Part shown: in pieces, positions 29,353-40,817 of the stretch | Layout: the number at the start of each line of letters is the position of its first letter | Position numbering within the stretch: position 1 is the first letter of the stretch | Source: a virus | Length of the DNA stretch: 64,000 nt | IMG/VR virus record: IMGVR_UViG_3300009183_004297 | Location: 6,719-70,718 of that record | Direction: 5' to 3' (one strand) | Position numbers and translations under genes: made by a program | Notes under the pieces: generated by a model | Database searches by the model: none | What the model saw: only the letters and a program-made list of their open reading frames with translations | Told to the model about the DNA's origin: nothing

Positions 29353-29798
29353 TAGATATCTCCTTGTTGTCGATTTTCACTATAGTGTGCGTCAAACTCA
29401 CCACCTGGGTAGCGAGCCTTCAGTTTATTTACGTTCTCTGCAATGACCTCGTTTGGATCTAGGTTCAAAGCAGTACACGCATTGGTCCAGTACCACATGA
29501 CGTCGCCTAGTTCGCGCTTCATATGGAACAGATTTTCGTCTGTCAAGGGTTTGCCTTGAAAGAATATCTTTTTGGGGATTTCAATGAACTCGCCCGATTC
29601 TGCAGCCAGTCCTAGACATGCCGTGAGTAGCAGTGGAATATTGATGCTTGGGCCATGCCTTGATTCCGTCTCGCCTTCAAACAGTTCATAGTTTGCGTCC
29701 AGACGATCGCATTGGTCCATGAATGTAGTAAGGTCTTTGCTGGGCTCGCTTGTTACCGCAGTAACAAACTCTTGATAACGAGTTAAGTCAATTGACAT
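29352..29798 (-). CDS. MazG-like NTP pyrophosphohydrolase
   Basis: GLAAESGEF, ELGDVMWY, NVNKLKARYP. Confidence 0.85.
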   Translation of the reverse strand: MSIDLTRYQEFVTAVTSEPSKDLTTFMDQCDRLDANYELFEGETESRHGPSINIPLLLTACLGLAAESGEFIEIPKKIFFQGKPLTDENLFHMKRELGDVMWYWTNACTALNLDPNEVIAENVNKLKARYPGGEFDAHYSENRQQGDI

Positions 29799-29849
29799 TT
29801 GATTCTCCTTAACAGCAAGTTTACACTGTGCTGTCAAGAAGGTCAACCA

Positions 29850-32396
29850 TTAGCCTACTCGATACCAAGTTAATGTGCTACTCACATATAAAAATTGGGC
29901 AAATGAGCCTGCGGTTGCAGTGGTCAATGCACCAATAATGGTATCACCTGCTTTGGGTGTATGAGTGATTGCGGTAACTGCTTGAGTAAACGAAATTCGA
30001 ATATCAGTTCCATCAAACGCATCAGGCATGGTGACGGTCAAGGCAGCAATGGTACCTGCAGGAGCAACCACCGTGGTGTGCTTGCTAAGGTCAAGCACAA
30101 TGTTAGCACTTGTTACCGGAGTAGTTATAGCAGCCGAACGATCATATCGCCCGCCTTGTGTGATCACGTTGCCCTGCACCACAGCATTACCGCTCACACC
30201 CATACCACCGTTGACAACCAGTGCGCCGCGGTTGAACTGGTTGGTAACTGCACCAGAGTCTGCATATACGTTACCTACACCACTACCGCCAACATAGATG
30301 TTGCCTTGCACACCTATGCCGCCAAATACTTGCACAGCACCAGAAGTTGAGTTAATACTTGTGGTTGTGGCACGTGCGTAGATGTTACCCAGTGAGCCAT
30401 CGCCAACTACCAGGTTACCAGCACTACTAATACCGCCGTATAATGTACTGCCAGGAATACCAACTTGTAGGGCACCTGTTGTGCCGCCTGCGGCATTACC
30501 AAATGCAGTTGTACCTGCGCCAATCTTTACAAAGTCATTGTTGTTTGGGCTCAAGATCCAGGTGTTACCTTGAATAGCAGCGCCGCCATTTGACTTGAAT
30601 GCCGCATGTGTATGTGATGTTGCATTAGCAGTATTACTAATAGTATAGTGACCGCCAACATAAACTTTTTGTGCTACGGCCACGCCACCAAGTACTTTCA
30701 ATGAAGCATCAGCAGTGGTGCTAATAGCATCTCGAGTGCTTAAACTGAATATACCACCTTGGTTGGTACTTGTACCGTCACCGCCGATTACCAAGTTACC
30801 ACCAATGTATGCACCACCAGTAGTGATGCTCAGTGTACCGCGAGCATTTGCTCCCAGTGCCTGTTGAGCACGTGTGCTGGCATTGGCATAAATGTTACCA
30901 GCGGTAATAATGTTTTTAACAACATACACACCACCACCAAGTTGGAATGAGCCGGTGCCCACGCCAACAGATTCTTCAATACTGGTCAGGCCAAATGCGC
31001 CACCAACGTTTAGTGCGCCACCAATACCAAGTCCACCAGCAATTACCAATGCACCAGTGCTGGCATTAGTTGATGTATTTGAATTGGAGATGTGAACGTT
31101 CTTGTTGAACACCCAGCCATCGTGGGTGTTGCTGTATGTGATTTGTGCATTGGCAACTGTGGCGTTACCAACAGTGATGCCGCCGCCATCTAGTAGTGCA
31201 GTTGTTCCGGCTCCAGTACCGAGCACAATGTTCTTGTCTTCTACTGTGACTGTTTCTGTATTAAAGAATGTTGAGTTGCCTAGTACAGTAAGGTTACCAT
31301 ACACAGTCATGCTTTGACTGTTGTCAATTACCACAGCTGGCAACAACAATCCGTCTATTGTGCCGCCTGGTGGCCGTGTGCTGATAACAATGTTACCACC
31401 AATACTGCTATTACCAGCAGTACCACCTGTTCCACTTGTGACAGAGAAGAATCCAATCTGTCCAAGTTCGTTGTAGTCATATGTGATCTGATCTCTGTTG
31501 GTTGTGTACCCATATGCATTGACATATCCCACGTAGTCACCATCGTTTAGGATAATTTCAGCAACAGCCGCACCTGCGCCAGGATCAGTTGCACGACTCT
31601 TGGCAACTGAATAACCAGCCACTTGGTTGTTTGCAAAGTTACCTGCACTCTGGTGAGTGTTGTAACTGGTCATTGGACCTTTGATACTCAAAGTATCAGC
31701 GCCACCTTTGTAACTGTCCAATGCAACAGACGTTGCATACAAGTTACCAAAACCTATACGAAGTGTAGGATTAGTAGTAACAGCAGAAAGATAAAAGTTA
31801 GGGTCACGGAAGTTGGGATTGCCACGAGTGAGTTCTCGCACAAAAACTGTAACACCAGAGTCTGCACTAGAGAATTCCAGTATGTAAGAACTCGGAGCAT
31901 CAGCAAACGTGATAACGTTGTTGCGGAAGCCTGGTAAACTGGTCAAGTCGGTTGTGATACCGCTGGGTAATTCAAATGTGTGGCTAGGACTATTTACTGT
32001 CAAATATACCAACATTCTTGAAAATTGCAAATTGCCAGGCCAATTCAATACCTGTCCAATTGTGATACTACCAAAGGTGTCGATCTTTTGCAGGTTGCCG
32101 TCGCTGATGTCTAGATCAAATTCGCCGGCAGTGGTGCCCCAATCAAAGATAGTCTCCGTGATATTTTTAAGTTGTATATTAATCAACTGTTGACCCAGCA
32201 TGTCGTTGTTGATTGTTGTACCAATCAATGCTGACTTCAGCAAGGCTTTGTTTTGAATATCTTCTACTTCTGACTTAATAAAAGCAAAGTTGTTTTTGAT
32301 ATTCGTGAAGTTATCACGGAATCCTTGCGAGTCGTTGTCCTGACCTGCAATAGGGTAATTACCGTTGATATTAAATGGATTGACGTTACTTGGCAT
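29850..32396 (-). CDS. Virion structural protein (tail/baseplate fibre-like)
   Basis: N-terminal YPIAGQDNDSQGFRDNF; VEDKNIVLG and repeated GALV.xGGxG motifs. Confidence 0.75.
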   Translation of the reverse strand: MPSNVNPFNINGNYPIAGQDNDSQGFRDNFTNIKNNFAFIKSEVEDIQNKALLKSALIGTTINNDMLGQQLINIQLKNITETIFDWGTTAGEFDLDISDGNLQKIDTFGSITIGQVLNWPGNLQFSRMLVYLTVNSPSHTFELPSGITTDLTSLPGFRNNVITFADAPSSYILEFSSADSGVTVFVRELTRGNPNFRDPNFYLSAVTTNPTLRIGFGNLYATSVALDSYKGGADTLSIKGPMTSYNTHQSAGNFANNQVAGYSVAKSRATDPGAGAAVAEIILNDGDYVGYVNAYGYTTNRDQITYDYNELGQIGFFSVTSGTGGTAGNSSIGGNIVISTRPPGGTIDGLLLPAVVIDNSQSMTVYGNLTVLGNSTFFNTETVTVEDKNIVLGTGAGTTALLDGGGITVGNATVANAQITYSNTHDGWVFNKNVHISNSNTSTNASTGALVIAGGLGIGGALNVGGAFGLTSIEESVGVGTGSFQLGGGVYVVKNIITAGNIYANASTRAQQALGANARGTLSITTGGAYIGGNLVIGGDGTSTNQGGIFSLSTRDAISTTADASLKVLGGVAVAQKVYVGGHYTISNTANATSHTHAAFKSNGGAAIQGNTWILSPNNNDFVKIGAGTTAFGNAAGGTTGALQVGIPGSTLYGGISSAGNLVVGDGSLGNIYARATTTSINSTSGAVQVFGGIGVQGNIYVGGSGVGNVYADSGAVTNQFNRGALVVNGGMGVSGNAVVQGNVITQGGRYDRSAAITTPVTSANIVLDLSKHTTVVAPAGTIAALTVTMPDAFDGTDIRISFTQAVTAITHTPKAGDTIIGALTTATAGSFAQFLYVSSTLTWYRVG

Positions 32397-32413
32397 TCTT
32401 TATTTTACTCCGC

Positions 32414-35400
32414 TCAATTTGGGAACTTTATATATTTATCCTCCGTTTGTGGTGCTGAATAAACATCCACATTCAGAGGCGCTGTTACTACTTCACGCAC
32501 AGGATCCAGTTGCTGGAATGTGCTCAAAGTGTACTCGGGCAAGGTTTTGCCCAGTTTAATACTTGGATCATAGAAGTACTTATTGTTATCTTGCTGTATG
32601 TACACAGTTTGATTGAACTCAATTTGACGCAGGAACGTCATGCTAACCACGTTGTCTGTTATGCTTACTTGCCAAATACCAGCTTGTTTGTTTGGCACAG
32701 CAGGATCAGATGCATGTGCTTGGTAGCCAGGAATAGGCACCCACTGATTGAAATTAAACTCGTCAAAGTCTTCTCCGGCAGTGGTATCTCCAAAGCGATT
32801 GATCAAATTCCAACCATCATTTTCATATGGTTCTGTGGGGTCACGTACTGCATCCAAGTACCCTTCTTGTTGCACCCAGACACAAGTATCGCCATCTTTG
32901 ACAGAATAACCCAGTGTGCGCAAACGATCCACAGTGGTGTGATTAAAGTCCTGGAAGCTGATGTTCCTCACACCAAAGTTAACAATAAAGAATTCGCTTT
33001 CTGCAATGATTGTGCCTTTATTACCACCCACAGTAACCAAGCCACGAGTGGTTGTGACAGCATTGAGTGTTTCGGTACTGCCGCTGTTGACAGGAATCCA
33101 ATCAATTGCATCAGCACTGGTTAGCACAGTTCCTTTGTTGCCAACTGCGGTAAACACAATAGAGTAGTCAACTGCGTTAAGGCTGCTCTTGTTGGTTGTT
33201 GTGATAGTATTCCAATTGACACCGTTTTCACTACGGATAATAATACCACGCTGACCAACTGCTACCCATACACCACCACCAAATGTAACTGCATTCAAAT
33301 CAGCAGTTGTGACACTATTGTTAATAACCCAGCTTAGTCCGTCTGTGCTAGTTAGTATGGTGCCTGCTTCTCCAACAATGATCCAGAGGCCGTCGCCATA
33401 TGCAACTTGATTTAAGTTAACATCCAGCCCTAATGATATTGGAGACCACACCTCGGCATCGGTGCTGGTCAATACAATTCCTTCGACACCTACTACAATC
33501 CAACGGCCATTGCCGTATTCTCCATGTAGTAAGTTGAGCACCTGATTGGTTGTTTGAATATCCCAAGTACGTGCATCAGGGCTAGTAACAATCAATCCTC
33601 GGTCACCAGCAATCAACCATTTTCCATTTGCATAGTATACTGAGTTAAAGTTGTAGTTGCCTAGAGAAAATACCAAATCATTGGCTCCGTATTTCTCAGC
33701 GGTCACTGTTGACTTGAGTGGCACAGACAACTGAATTGTAGTAGGAGTTTTGCTTAATACATAGGTACCGTCATAGAAGTTGGTACCAGACATAAAACTA
33801 CCTGTACCAATTTTTTCTGTACTAGAGAATGTTAGTGTACTAGATCCTGTTGCGGCATTTGCTGTAATAACATCCTTAAAATTCAAAATAGTGCCGATGT
33901 TTAGATTGGCATCAAGCACAGATCCGTTTACCACAGTGCCTGCAACTTTACCAGTGCCTGCCAGGCTAATGTTAGCATACTTGGCGCGAATAAATGTTCC
34001 TGACGCGGCAGCAGGGTTATTAAATCCGTAGCCAACATCAAGTTGATCACTGTCACTAACAAGTATCAAATTGCTACCAATACTGGCTGATGCAGACAGT
34101 GTCACTGTTACATTTGCCCCAGCAAAGGATGTAAACACAATTGGTGCGCCTGAGCTTAGAGTTGATGTCAATGGACTTGACAGTCGTATTTGTTTTTGTA
34201 CACTGCTAATCACTGTGGCTCTGCTCACAGAGTTTGCTACAGTTTTGGTTATATAATAGCTGGTGCTTGCTACATTACTATTAAGCAAGAACGATCCTGC
34301 ACTGAGTCTTGGCTCGTCGCTTAACAGTAGGTAAGTAGAATTTCCTGTTGCAGTAAATGGCAATCCTGTTTCGTAAGAAAGATCAATGGTACTGTCTACC
34401 AGTGACCAATTGGTTCCATCTTGACTGGTGATAATTTTTCCAGCTGTACCAACTGACACTGTCACGCCTGAATAGTTGTATATGTCTGTTAAGTTAATGT
34501 TTGCATTTAGATTGGTATCCTGGACAATCCATGCGCCGCGATTGTATAAACCAATGGAGTTGATTTGGTTAAAACTAGGGTTGGTTGCTGGAATAAATCT
34601 TCTGTTTTCAATGTCATAGAACTTGCTAAGATAGTTGTCAAGTTGATATCTGTCAATGGTAAACTTGTATTGGTTAATCAAGTTTACTACACTGTATCCT
34701 TTGGTCGACAAACTTTGTTTTACCCGGAAGAACATTTCTGCGCCTGCGCCGGGTTTGGCATAAGCCAGCACACAAGCACGAACAAAGCCCAGTGCTTGCC
34801 CGGTACTGGGCTGGATGCTAGTCATCCATTCTGGCAATGCTCCTTGGAATTCGTATCCAATATTCTGCTCTACTTCTGCAGTCATGTTTGCAAAACTGTT
34901 AGGGTAAATGGTTATGACAGAATCACTGCTCTTCAGGCTAGAGGATACTAGGCCATAGTCAACAAAATTTGAAACACCGGCACCAACTGATTCAAAATCG
35001 TCTTGGCTATCAGCAGTGACATAAATGAATTCTAAATCTTCTGTTGGAGGAAACACATTTTTGTTGACTCGAGTCACTGCGCCGCCTGCAACAGATGGAT
35101 TTTGGTAATCCAATACTTCAACATACAATACTTCGTATTTGACATTGAAGTTGTCATCTAATGCAACTGCGTATTTCAAATCACTGAGTTTGCTTTCACG
35201 TGACTTGTGGAAGTTTCTAATAGATACTGCATACTCTTCAAGTTTGCTTGCACGTACACCCGGTACTGCCAAGAATCTCAAATCACTTGATCTGCCAAAC
35301 CAAGGGTCTTCAAATCGGTATAACAAATCATCACTGATAATACGTGGATCGTTTAATGTAGCATAAAACAATTTTCGCAAGTATTCAGGCAAGAAAGCAC

Positions 35401-37843
35401 GAACATATAGATTTTCAAACGGCTCTTGATTAATGTTTCTTAAGCGTATGGTGAACTCTCTGTCGGCAGTGGCAGAATTGTCTGTGGTGGTTGCAGACAC
35501 AACAAATGTATAGGTATCATCAAATGTGGTGCGGTCAACGTCGATTTGTGTTCCTATATCGAAGTTAAAGAACTGGAAGCTGGCGCGACCAGCTATCAAT
35601 CCAGTTGGTAATAATATAAGTCCATTTGGTAACCTACCACTCTTGAGAGAGTATGTTAGTTCCTTGTTGTTCAAGGATGCTGCCTTGACTCCAATGGTAC
35701 TTACTCGACCGTTATCAACAGCGCCGAGGTTAGCGCCAGTGACCCAGGCAATCTCGTTGTCAATGTCGTTGAGGATTGTTAACGTATAGGTAATAGGTGT
35801 GCTGGTTCTGTCAGGAAACAAACTAGGATATGCCACAACTTGAAATTTATATTCTGAGTCGATTGTGGATACAGTTGGTAACTGTCCTGTTAACCATCCA
35901 GTGTTGGCATCAAACGTCAGTCCAGGCGGCAGAGAAAGATTGTCTTGATCAAAGCCTTTTTTATCAAATTGCACAACAATCGGAGAGTCCATGTCAAACT
36001 TTGCCGGCCCGCTTGCGACCACTGCATACTTTACTGTCTCGGCAGGGTTAAAATAGTAGGCTTTGAATTGAAAACTAAAGTATCTATCCTGGCGCACAGG
36101 CAACAACTCGTCTGGTTGAGTTAGCATGCTTGGGTAGTAGTTGCCATCTATGTCAACTGTAAAGATAGTGTTGTCGGCATAGATAAATGTGTTGTCAACT
36201 GTGAAGAATCGTTTGCTGATGACAGTAAATGAATACAGCTTGTTGGCGTATGCACGACCATCGTAGTATCTAACAGTGAATTGATATGTGACAGTGGGAC
36301 TTCGCCCGGCAAAGTCCCAGGTGTATTCGTCATATAGTGTGGCATTGAATCCGCCAGTACCTGCAGGCCCTGGTTCAGGAGGTGCAAGTGCAAATCCTGA
36401 CAGCTTACCGGACTTGGTAAGAGTCAGACCCATTGGCAATCGACCCGACGCAACTGACCATTCAGCCACAGAAGACGGGCTGATATCTAGTGCAGTAAAT
36501 TGAATATTTACAAATCCGCTATCAAACACAGATCCAAGATTTTCCGCAGTTGGGGTGTATATCTGTGGAGGTAATAAATTATTAACTGAAATACTAAATG
36601 TACGGTCAGCCAATTGACCTAGACTGTTACTTGCACGAACAGTAAATTTATACAACCTTGCCAGTGTGCTGTCCCCATTTGAGTCATTGATAAGTGGATA
36701 GCCATATAGTCTTCCTTCGGCACTCAACGAAATACCTGTGGGCGGCGTGCCTGACAGGAATGTGTATCGTGTGGGTAACCCAGACGGATCATTGACTTCT
36801 AGAGTTTTATCAAATTCAGTCTGTTCAGAGAAGGTACCGAGGTCACCTCCGGTTGTGATCCATTCAATTCTTGGCGGCTGTGTTGTTTGTGTTAGTTGAT
36901 CTGGCGGAGCAGTCACCCAGGCAGCTGGTTGTCCATAGTAGGTATTACCAAGCACGTATGGGTAAATCGGACCGCCTTGAGCGTCAATGGTCACAAAGTA
37001 AGCATAAGTTCCTGTAGGGAAATCTGGAGTCACGCAGAATCGTCCGTTGTGTGTGTCTAGAGTGCCTGCATTGGTAAATTCGTAATCTTGTACAAAAATA
37101 CCCATTGGATAGTCTATTAGATTTGCACCCGTGGTGCCAGAACGATATGCGGCAGACTTCAATGTGTATCCACTCTGCATTCTATTCACTGCACTCAAGT
37201 TATTGCCAATGCTGGTATAACCGTATGGGCCGTACACTGGATATCCGTCGGCAGCAAAGCCTAGTATTTTACTATGACCATCTGGGTGGCGTAGGCCGCC
37301 ACGCAGGTAAGGTATAACCCTGCACTCAGCAAACCCTGTGCTAGACAATGAACCTGCAGAATGGCCCACACCAGAAATCCAAGCACGGTCAAAAGAGAAA
37401 TCATGATAGTGGTACTGGTCCGGAGGTGCGGCATGACCGCCTGCACGATCCTCGCCAAAATCATAGCCTAGATCACGACCAGCTTCTGCGGCTGCATTGT
37501 AGTTGTATCCATATGGAACTGGGGGTGCATTGGCCGGCGCACCACGTGCAGCCGACGGACTAAACATGCTGACACCATTGAGCCATACACCTACCAGTCC
37601 TTCGCCCACTCGTTGATGTGTAGACGCAGGTGCATTGGTGCCCATGCGATTGGGGAAAATTATGTCAAAGTTTTGTGGTGCAGGCGTGTTGACTGCAACA
37701 GGATTACCAAAGCTATGGTAAGGCAGTCCTGTTCCAAAGAAACGAATTGTAGTGGGTTTTATTACCCAAGTTGATTCATTTGGACCAAGACGCTTTAGGT
37801 CCTTGGCACTAGCAGTTCCGCTAATATCTTTCGACTGTATCAT
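32414..37843 (-). CDS. Baseplate wedge-like protein with YHYH domain, Ig-like repeats and BNR/beta-propeller repeats
   Basis: QYHYH, GFAADGYPVYGPYG; LPxGLxL Ig repeats; SxDGxxW repeats; EDKYIKFP C-terminus. Confidence 0.75.
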   Translation of the reverse strand: MIQSKDISGTASAKDLKRLGPNESTWVIKPTTIRFFGTGLPYHSFGNPVAVNTPAPQNFDIIFPNRMGTNAPASTHQRVGEGLVGVWLNGVSMFSPSAARGAPANAPPVPYGYNYNAAAEAGRDLGYDFGEDRAGGHAAPPDQYHYHDFSFDRAWISGVGHSAGSLSSTGFAECRVIPYLRGGLRHPDGHSKILGFAADGYPVYGPYGYTSIGNNLSAVNRMQSGYTLKSAAYRSGTTGANLIDYPMGIFVQDYEFTNAGTLDTHNGRFCVTPDFPTGTYAYFVTIDAQGGPIYPYVLGNTYYGQPAAWVTAPPDQLTQTTQPPRIEWITTGGDLGTFSEQTEFDKTLEVNDPSGLPTRYTFLSGTPPTGISLSAEGRLYGYPLINDSNGDSTLARLYKFTVRASNSLGQLADRTFSISVNNLLPPQIYTPTAENLGSVFDSGFVNIQFTALDISPSSVAEWSVASGRLPMGLTLTKSGKLSGFALAPPEPGPAGTGGFNATLYDEYTWDFAGRSPTVTYQFTVRYYDGRAYANKLYSFTVISKRFFTVDNTFIYADNTIFTVDIDGNYYPSMLTQPDELLPVRQDRYFSFQFKAYYFNPAETVKYAVVASGPAKFDMDSPIVVQFDKKGFDQDNLSLPPGLTFDANTGWLTGQLPTVSTIDSEYKFQVVAYPSLFPDRTSTPITYTLTILNDIDNEIAWVTGANLGAVDNGRVSTIGVKAASLNNKELTYSLKSGRLPNGLILLPTGLIAGRASFQFFNFDIGTQIDVDRTTFDDTYTFVVSATTTDNSATADREFTIRLRNINQEPFENLYVRAFLPEYLRKLFYATLNDPRIISDDLLYRFEDPWFGRSSDLRFLAVPGVRASKLEEYAVSIRNFHKSRESKLSDLKYAVALDDNFNVKYEVLYVEVLDYQNPSVAGGAVTRVNKNVFPPTEDLEFIYVTADSQDDFESVGAGVSNFVDYGLVSSSLKSSDSVITIYPNSFANMTAEVEQNIGYEFQGALPEWMTSIQPSTGQALGFVRACVLAYAKPGAGAEMFFRVKQSLSTKGYSVVNLINQYKFTIDRYQLDNYLSKFYDIENRRFIPATNPSFNQINSIGLYNRGAWIVQDTNLNANINLTDIYNYSGVTVSVGTAGKIITSQDGTNWSLVDSTIDLSYETGLPFTATGNSTYLLLSDEPRLSAGSFLLNSNVASTSYYITKTVANSVSRATVISSVQKQIRLSSPLTSTLSSGAPIVFTSFAGANVTVTLSASASIGSNLILVSDSDQLDVGYGFNNPAAASGTFIRAKYANISLAGTGKVAGTVVNGSVLDANLNIGTILNFKDVITANAATGSSTLTFSSTEKIGTGSFMSGTNFYDGTYVLSKTPTTIQLSVPLKSTVTAEKYGANDLVFSLGNYNFNSVYYANGKWLIAGDRGLIVTSPDARTWDIQTTNQVLNLLHGEYGNGRWIVVGVEGIVLTSTDAEVWSPISLGLDVNLNQVAYGDGLWIIVGEAGTILTSTDGLSWVINNSVTTADLNAVTFGGGVWVAVGQRGIIIRSENGVNWNTITTTNKSSLNAVDYSIVFTAVGNKGTVLTSADAIDWIPVNSGSTETLNAVTTTRGLVTVGGNKGTIIAESEFFIVNFGVRNISFQDFNHTTVDRLRTLGYSVKDGDTCVWVQQEGYLDAVRDPTEPYENDGWNLINRFGDTTAGEDFDEFNFNQWVPIPGYQAHASDPAVPNKQAGIWQVSITDNVVSMTFLRQIEFNQTVYIQQDNNKYFYDPSIKLGKTLPEYTLSTFQQLDPVREVVTAPLNVDVYSAPQTEDKYIKFPN

Positions 37844-37885
37844 AGTTATCCACTTTAATGTAGTATTTAGTGGAAACGGATACAG

Positions 37886-40801
37886 TTAAGCCTGCGCTTC
37901 ACCCCAACGTAAAACTATGTTTGTTTTGGTAATGTTGCCTGACACAGATCTAACGTTGATACACAGCACGTCCGCGCCATTGGGATAAACACCACGTCCG
38001 CCCAGCGCACTTTGTGTCAATTCCTTGAATGGCGTTAGACTCAGCGTATTCAACTGTCCAGGACTTGCCACATACGAAAACACCTGCTCTCCTGGTATTG
38101 CGAATGCATTTGCGCCAGTAAATGATGGAGTCACGCACACCTGAGAGAAGCTGGGTTGGCTACCATATACAGGGTCATTTATACTGAGAAATACAGAGTT
38201 GGTATCAAAATTACTTGGGTTCAGTACCGCACGTACAATAATATTACTGGCTGATGCAATGTCACCTGATGTGACTTCTAAACTTTCCAGTAGAATCTGC
38301 GCACGGTTTAACAATTCTCTGTCACCTAGATCGCCCACAATAGAGTTGGAAACTGATGGTGCCAGTCGAATTGCAAACAGTGTTTGTTCAGATGTAGTTA
38401 CGGTAAAGTTGTTTTCTTGGTAGGAGAAGATGTAACCACGGTCTGTGTCAAATCCGCCGTCCATGACATAAGCACTACCCCAGTGGGTGATTGTTGGGCT
38501 GGCCAAACAACTCACAAGTTCAACACCGGCCAGCACATTGTGCGATCCGGGCACGCCTGCATAGAATGTACGCAAAGCGCCACCAATGAACACTTTCAGG
38601 GTTGAACCACGAGTGATGTTTAGTAAAGTATTTCCAATCTTGCCGTTGTAGCTGATTAACTCATTGTCAATGTACACTATGCCTGCATTAGGAAAAAAGG
38701 TACCATCTTGCACTGAGAAGTTGGAACCATTGGCAGGGGAACCTGCAGTCATTGCACCAGACAGTTTGCTGACCACGCCGCCACCTTCGTTGATAACTTC
38801 ATAACGAACTGGTAAGTTACCAGTGCGCATGTAAGCTTCGTTGTTTACGTTGTTGTTTTTGATCTTGTGTGCAAACACCCAACCGCCGTCAATACCACGA
38901 ATCATGTAGTCAATTGATCCGGCACCGTACCAGGTAAACTGAATTGCAATCATTTGCATTTTGTTTGGCAGGAACAAATAACCACTTGGTCCTGTGCCGT
39001 CCAGTCGGTCTAGGTTAAAGTCAGTCTGCGGAACACGCAGTTCCTGTATCAGATACATTTTAACGCCTGCCGCTGAACCCACACCACGATAGTCAGGTGT
39101 GACTGTTATTGAAGTGTCTGCGGTCAAGCCTGTGATTCTATGTGTCATACCACGGATAACCACCTGCTTACCAACTTCAAGCTGTTGTGTGAATTTAGTT
39201 CCAGACCCAACCACACTGTTCGAGTCTGGCGAGACTGATACTGTGCCGGCTGTTTGGAATGTGCTTGAACGACGAACCACATTTAATGTTTGTCCATCAT
39301 ACTCCCAGAACACACCGTTTTGGTCATCGCTTGGTCCTAGTCTCACAGCGGCACCGTGCCAGCCACTCAAATAAACTTTTGGTTGTGTGCCAACTTCTGC
39401 GGCAGTTGATCCTAGTACTGATGTTGCCTTAACAGAGAATGTGATTTCATCCAGCACCTGATCTATTAGATAAGTCCCGTTGTAGCCTGACGTTGAAATA
39501 TCTTCAAGAACAATCACAGCATTGGCCTGCATCAAGTGTTCAACTTCGTCTGTGGCAACAGTGATATTTGATCCAATGCTCACGTTGTTGGCAGTGATTG
39601 ATTTGATATCAAAGTTTGGTGCAAACAGCGCACCTGTACTAAAGAATAGGCCTTTGGCAGGCTGGTATCGGAAATACTTTTTACTCTGGCGTGCGATTCG
39701 AGAACCGTGTGTGGGAACACCTGTGCCCAGTAGCACACCGCCGTCACCTGGACGATGGCTTACATAACCGTCGGGTCTTGCATACAAACTAACTGTCAGC
39801 GAGCTGGCCAAATTGGTGCCAGCTACTACATTTCCTCGTGCAGTAAAACTGATTTGTGTGCTGTTGAGCACAGCGTTGGTATAAAACGGACCTGTGACGT
39901 TGGCCACGGTGGATGCAGTGGCTCCTGCCACGTTGACCAAGAATGGCATGCTGGGAGCAAATCCGTGTGGTGTGCTAAAGGTCACGTGCATCAAAGAGCC
40001 AGCCGCAGTGTTACCCACGTTGTAGATGTTGGACACAGGAATTGTTGCACCTGTGTAAAATCCTGCACGGCGCATTTGAACCTGTCCGGTGTATAGACTT
40101 GTGTCCTTGACAAGACCAACGTTGCCCTTGGACACATAGGTAAATGTGTTGACACCAGTGTTGGCCAAGACCAGGAATGTTCCTTCGGCACGTGCATATC
40201 CACTCACAGCAGAATTCAGTGCGCTGAGTGTGAATGGATCACCTGCGTTGAAACCATGACTGGTCACACTCACGTTGATAATACTGGCAAATGCATTGGC
40301 ATAGGTGGTAATGGTGTTCACTGTCAAGTCAGTACCAACTTGTTCGTACACGCTGGGATAATTACGCACAGTTTGATATGACTGCCACTTGGTGGGCTGT
40401 AGTCCGTACTCAAAGTCAGCGTCAATCAAAGATGTTGGGTTGGCCACTCTCATGCGGTACATGGCATCCATACCAAAGTCATATGGACGAGTAACAACTT
40501 CGTCGCCTTCAACAAAGATAGTTAAACTGTCACCGCTTACTTGGCCCACGGTGCTGGTGTTGAATGTCAGTGTTGTTTCGCCGGCAAACTGTGTGTTGCT
40601 GATAGTGCTAGCACTGGCATTGAAACTCACAGAGCTTGCTCCACGATTGTTGGTGTCGGCAAAGTTGTATAAGATGTTGCCTTTTGATGCGTTGGTAATC
40701 AACAGGAACTGGTTGGCATCAACCTTTCCAGGTAGTACCAGATTACCCACTCCAGCTATTCCTGGATTAAACACATATCTTGTTAGACGCTTTTTTGCCA
40801 T
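37886..40801 (-). CDS. Large virion structural protein
   Basis: SLIDADFEYGLQPTKW, RQSKKYFRYQ, YMRTGNLPVRYE; in the structural cluster. Confidence 0.75.
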   Translation of the reverse strand: MAKKRLTRYVFNPGIAGVGNLVLPGKVDANQFLLITNASKGNILYNFADTNNRGASSVSFNASASTISNTQFAGETTLTFNTSTVGQVSGDSLTIFVEGDEVVTRPYDFGMDAMYRMRVANPTSLIDADFEYGLQPTKWQSYQTVRNYPSVYEQVGTDLTVNTITTYANAFASIINVSVTSHGFNAGDPFTLSALNSAVSGYARAEGTFLVLANTGVNTFTYVSKGNVGLVKDTSLYTGQVQMRRAGFYTGATIPVSNIYNVGNTAAGSLMHVTFSTPHGFAPSMPFLVNVAGATASTVANVTGPFYTNAVLNSTQISFTARGNVVAGTNLASSLTVSLYARPDGYVSHRPGDGGVLLGTGVPTHGSRIARQSKKYFRYQPAKGLFFSTGALFAPNFDIKSITANNVSIGSNITVATDEVEHLMQANAVIVLEDISTSGYNGTYLIDQVLDEITFSVKATSVLGSTAAEVGTQPKVYLSGWHGAAVRLGPSDDQNGVFWEYDGQTLNVVRRSSTFQTAGTVSVSPDSNSVVGSGTKFTQQLEVGKQVVIRGMTHRITGLTADTSITVTPDYRGVGSAAGVKMYLIQELRVPQTDFNLDRLDGTGPSGYLFLPNKMQMIAIQFTWYGAGSIDYMIRGIDGGWVFAHKIKNNNVNNEAYMRTGNLPVRYEVINEGGGVVSKLSGAMTAGSPANGSNFSVQDGTFFPNAGIVYIDNELISYNGKIGNTLLNITRGSTLKVFIGGALRTFYAGVPGSHNVLAGVELVSCLASPTITHWGSAYVMDGGFDTDRGYIFSYQENNFTVTTSEQTLFAIRLAPSVSNSIVGDLGDRELLNRAQILLESLEVTSGDIASASNIIVRAVLNPSNFDTNSVFLSINDPVYGSQPSFSQVCVTPSFTGANAFAIPGEQVFSYVASPGQLNTLSLTPFKELTQSALGGRGVYPNGADVLCINVRSVSGNITKTNIVLRWGEAQA

Positions 40802-40817
40802 TTATATCTCCAAATCC

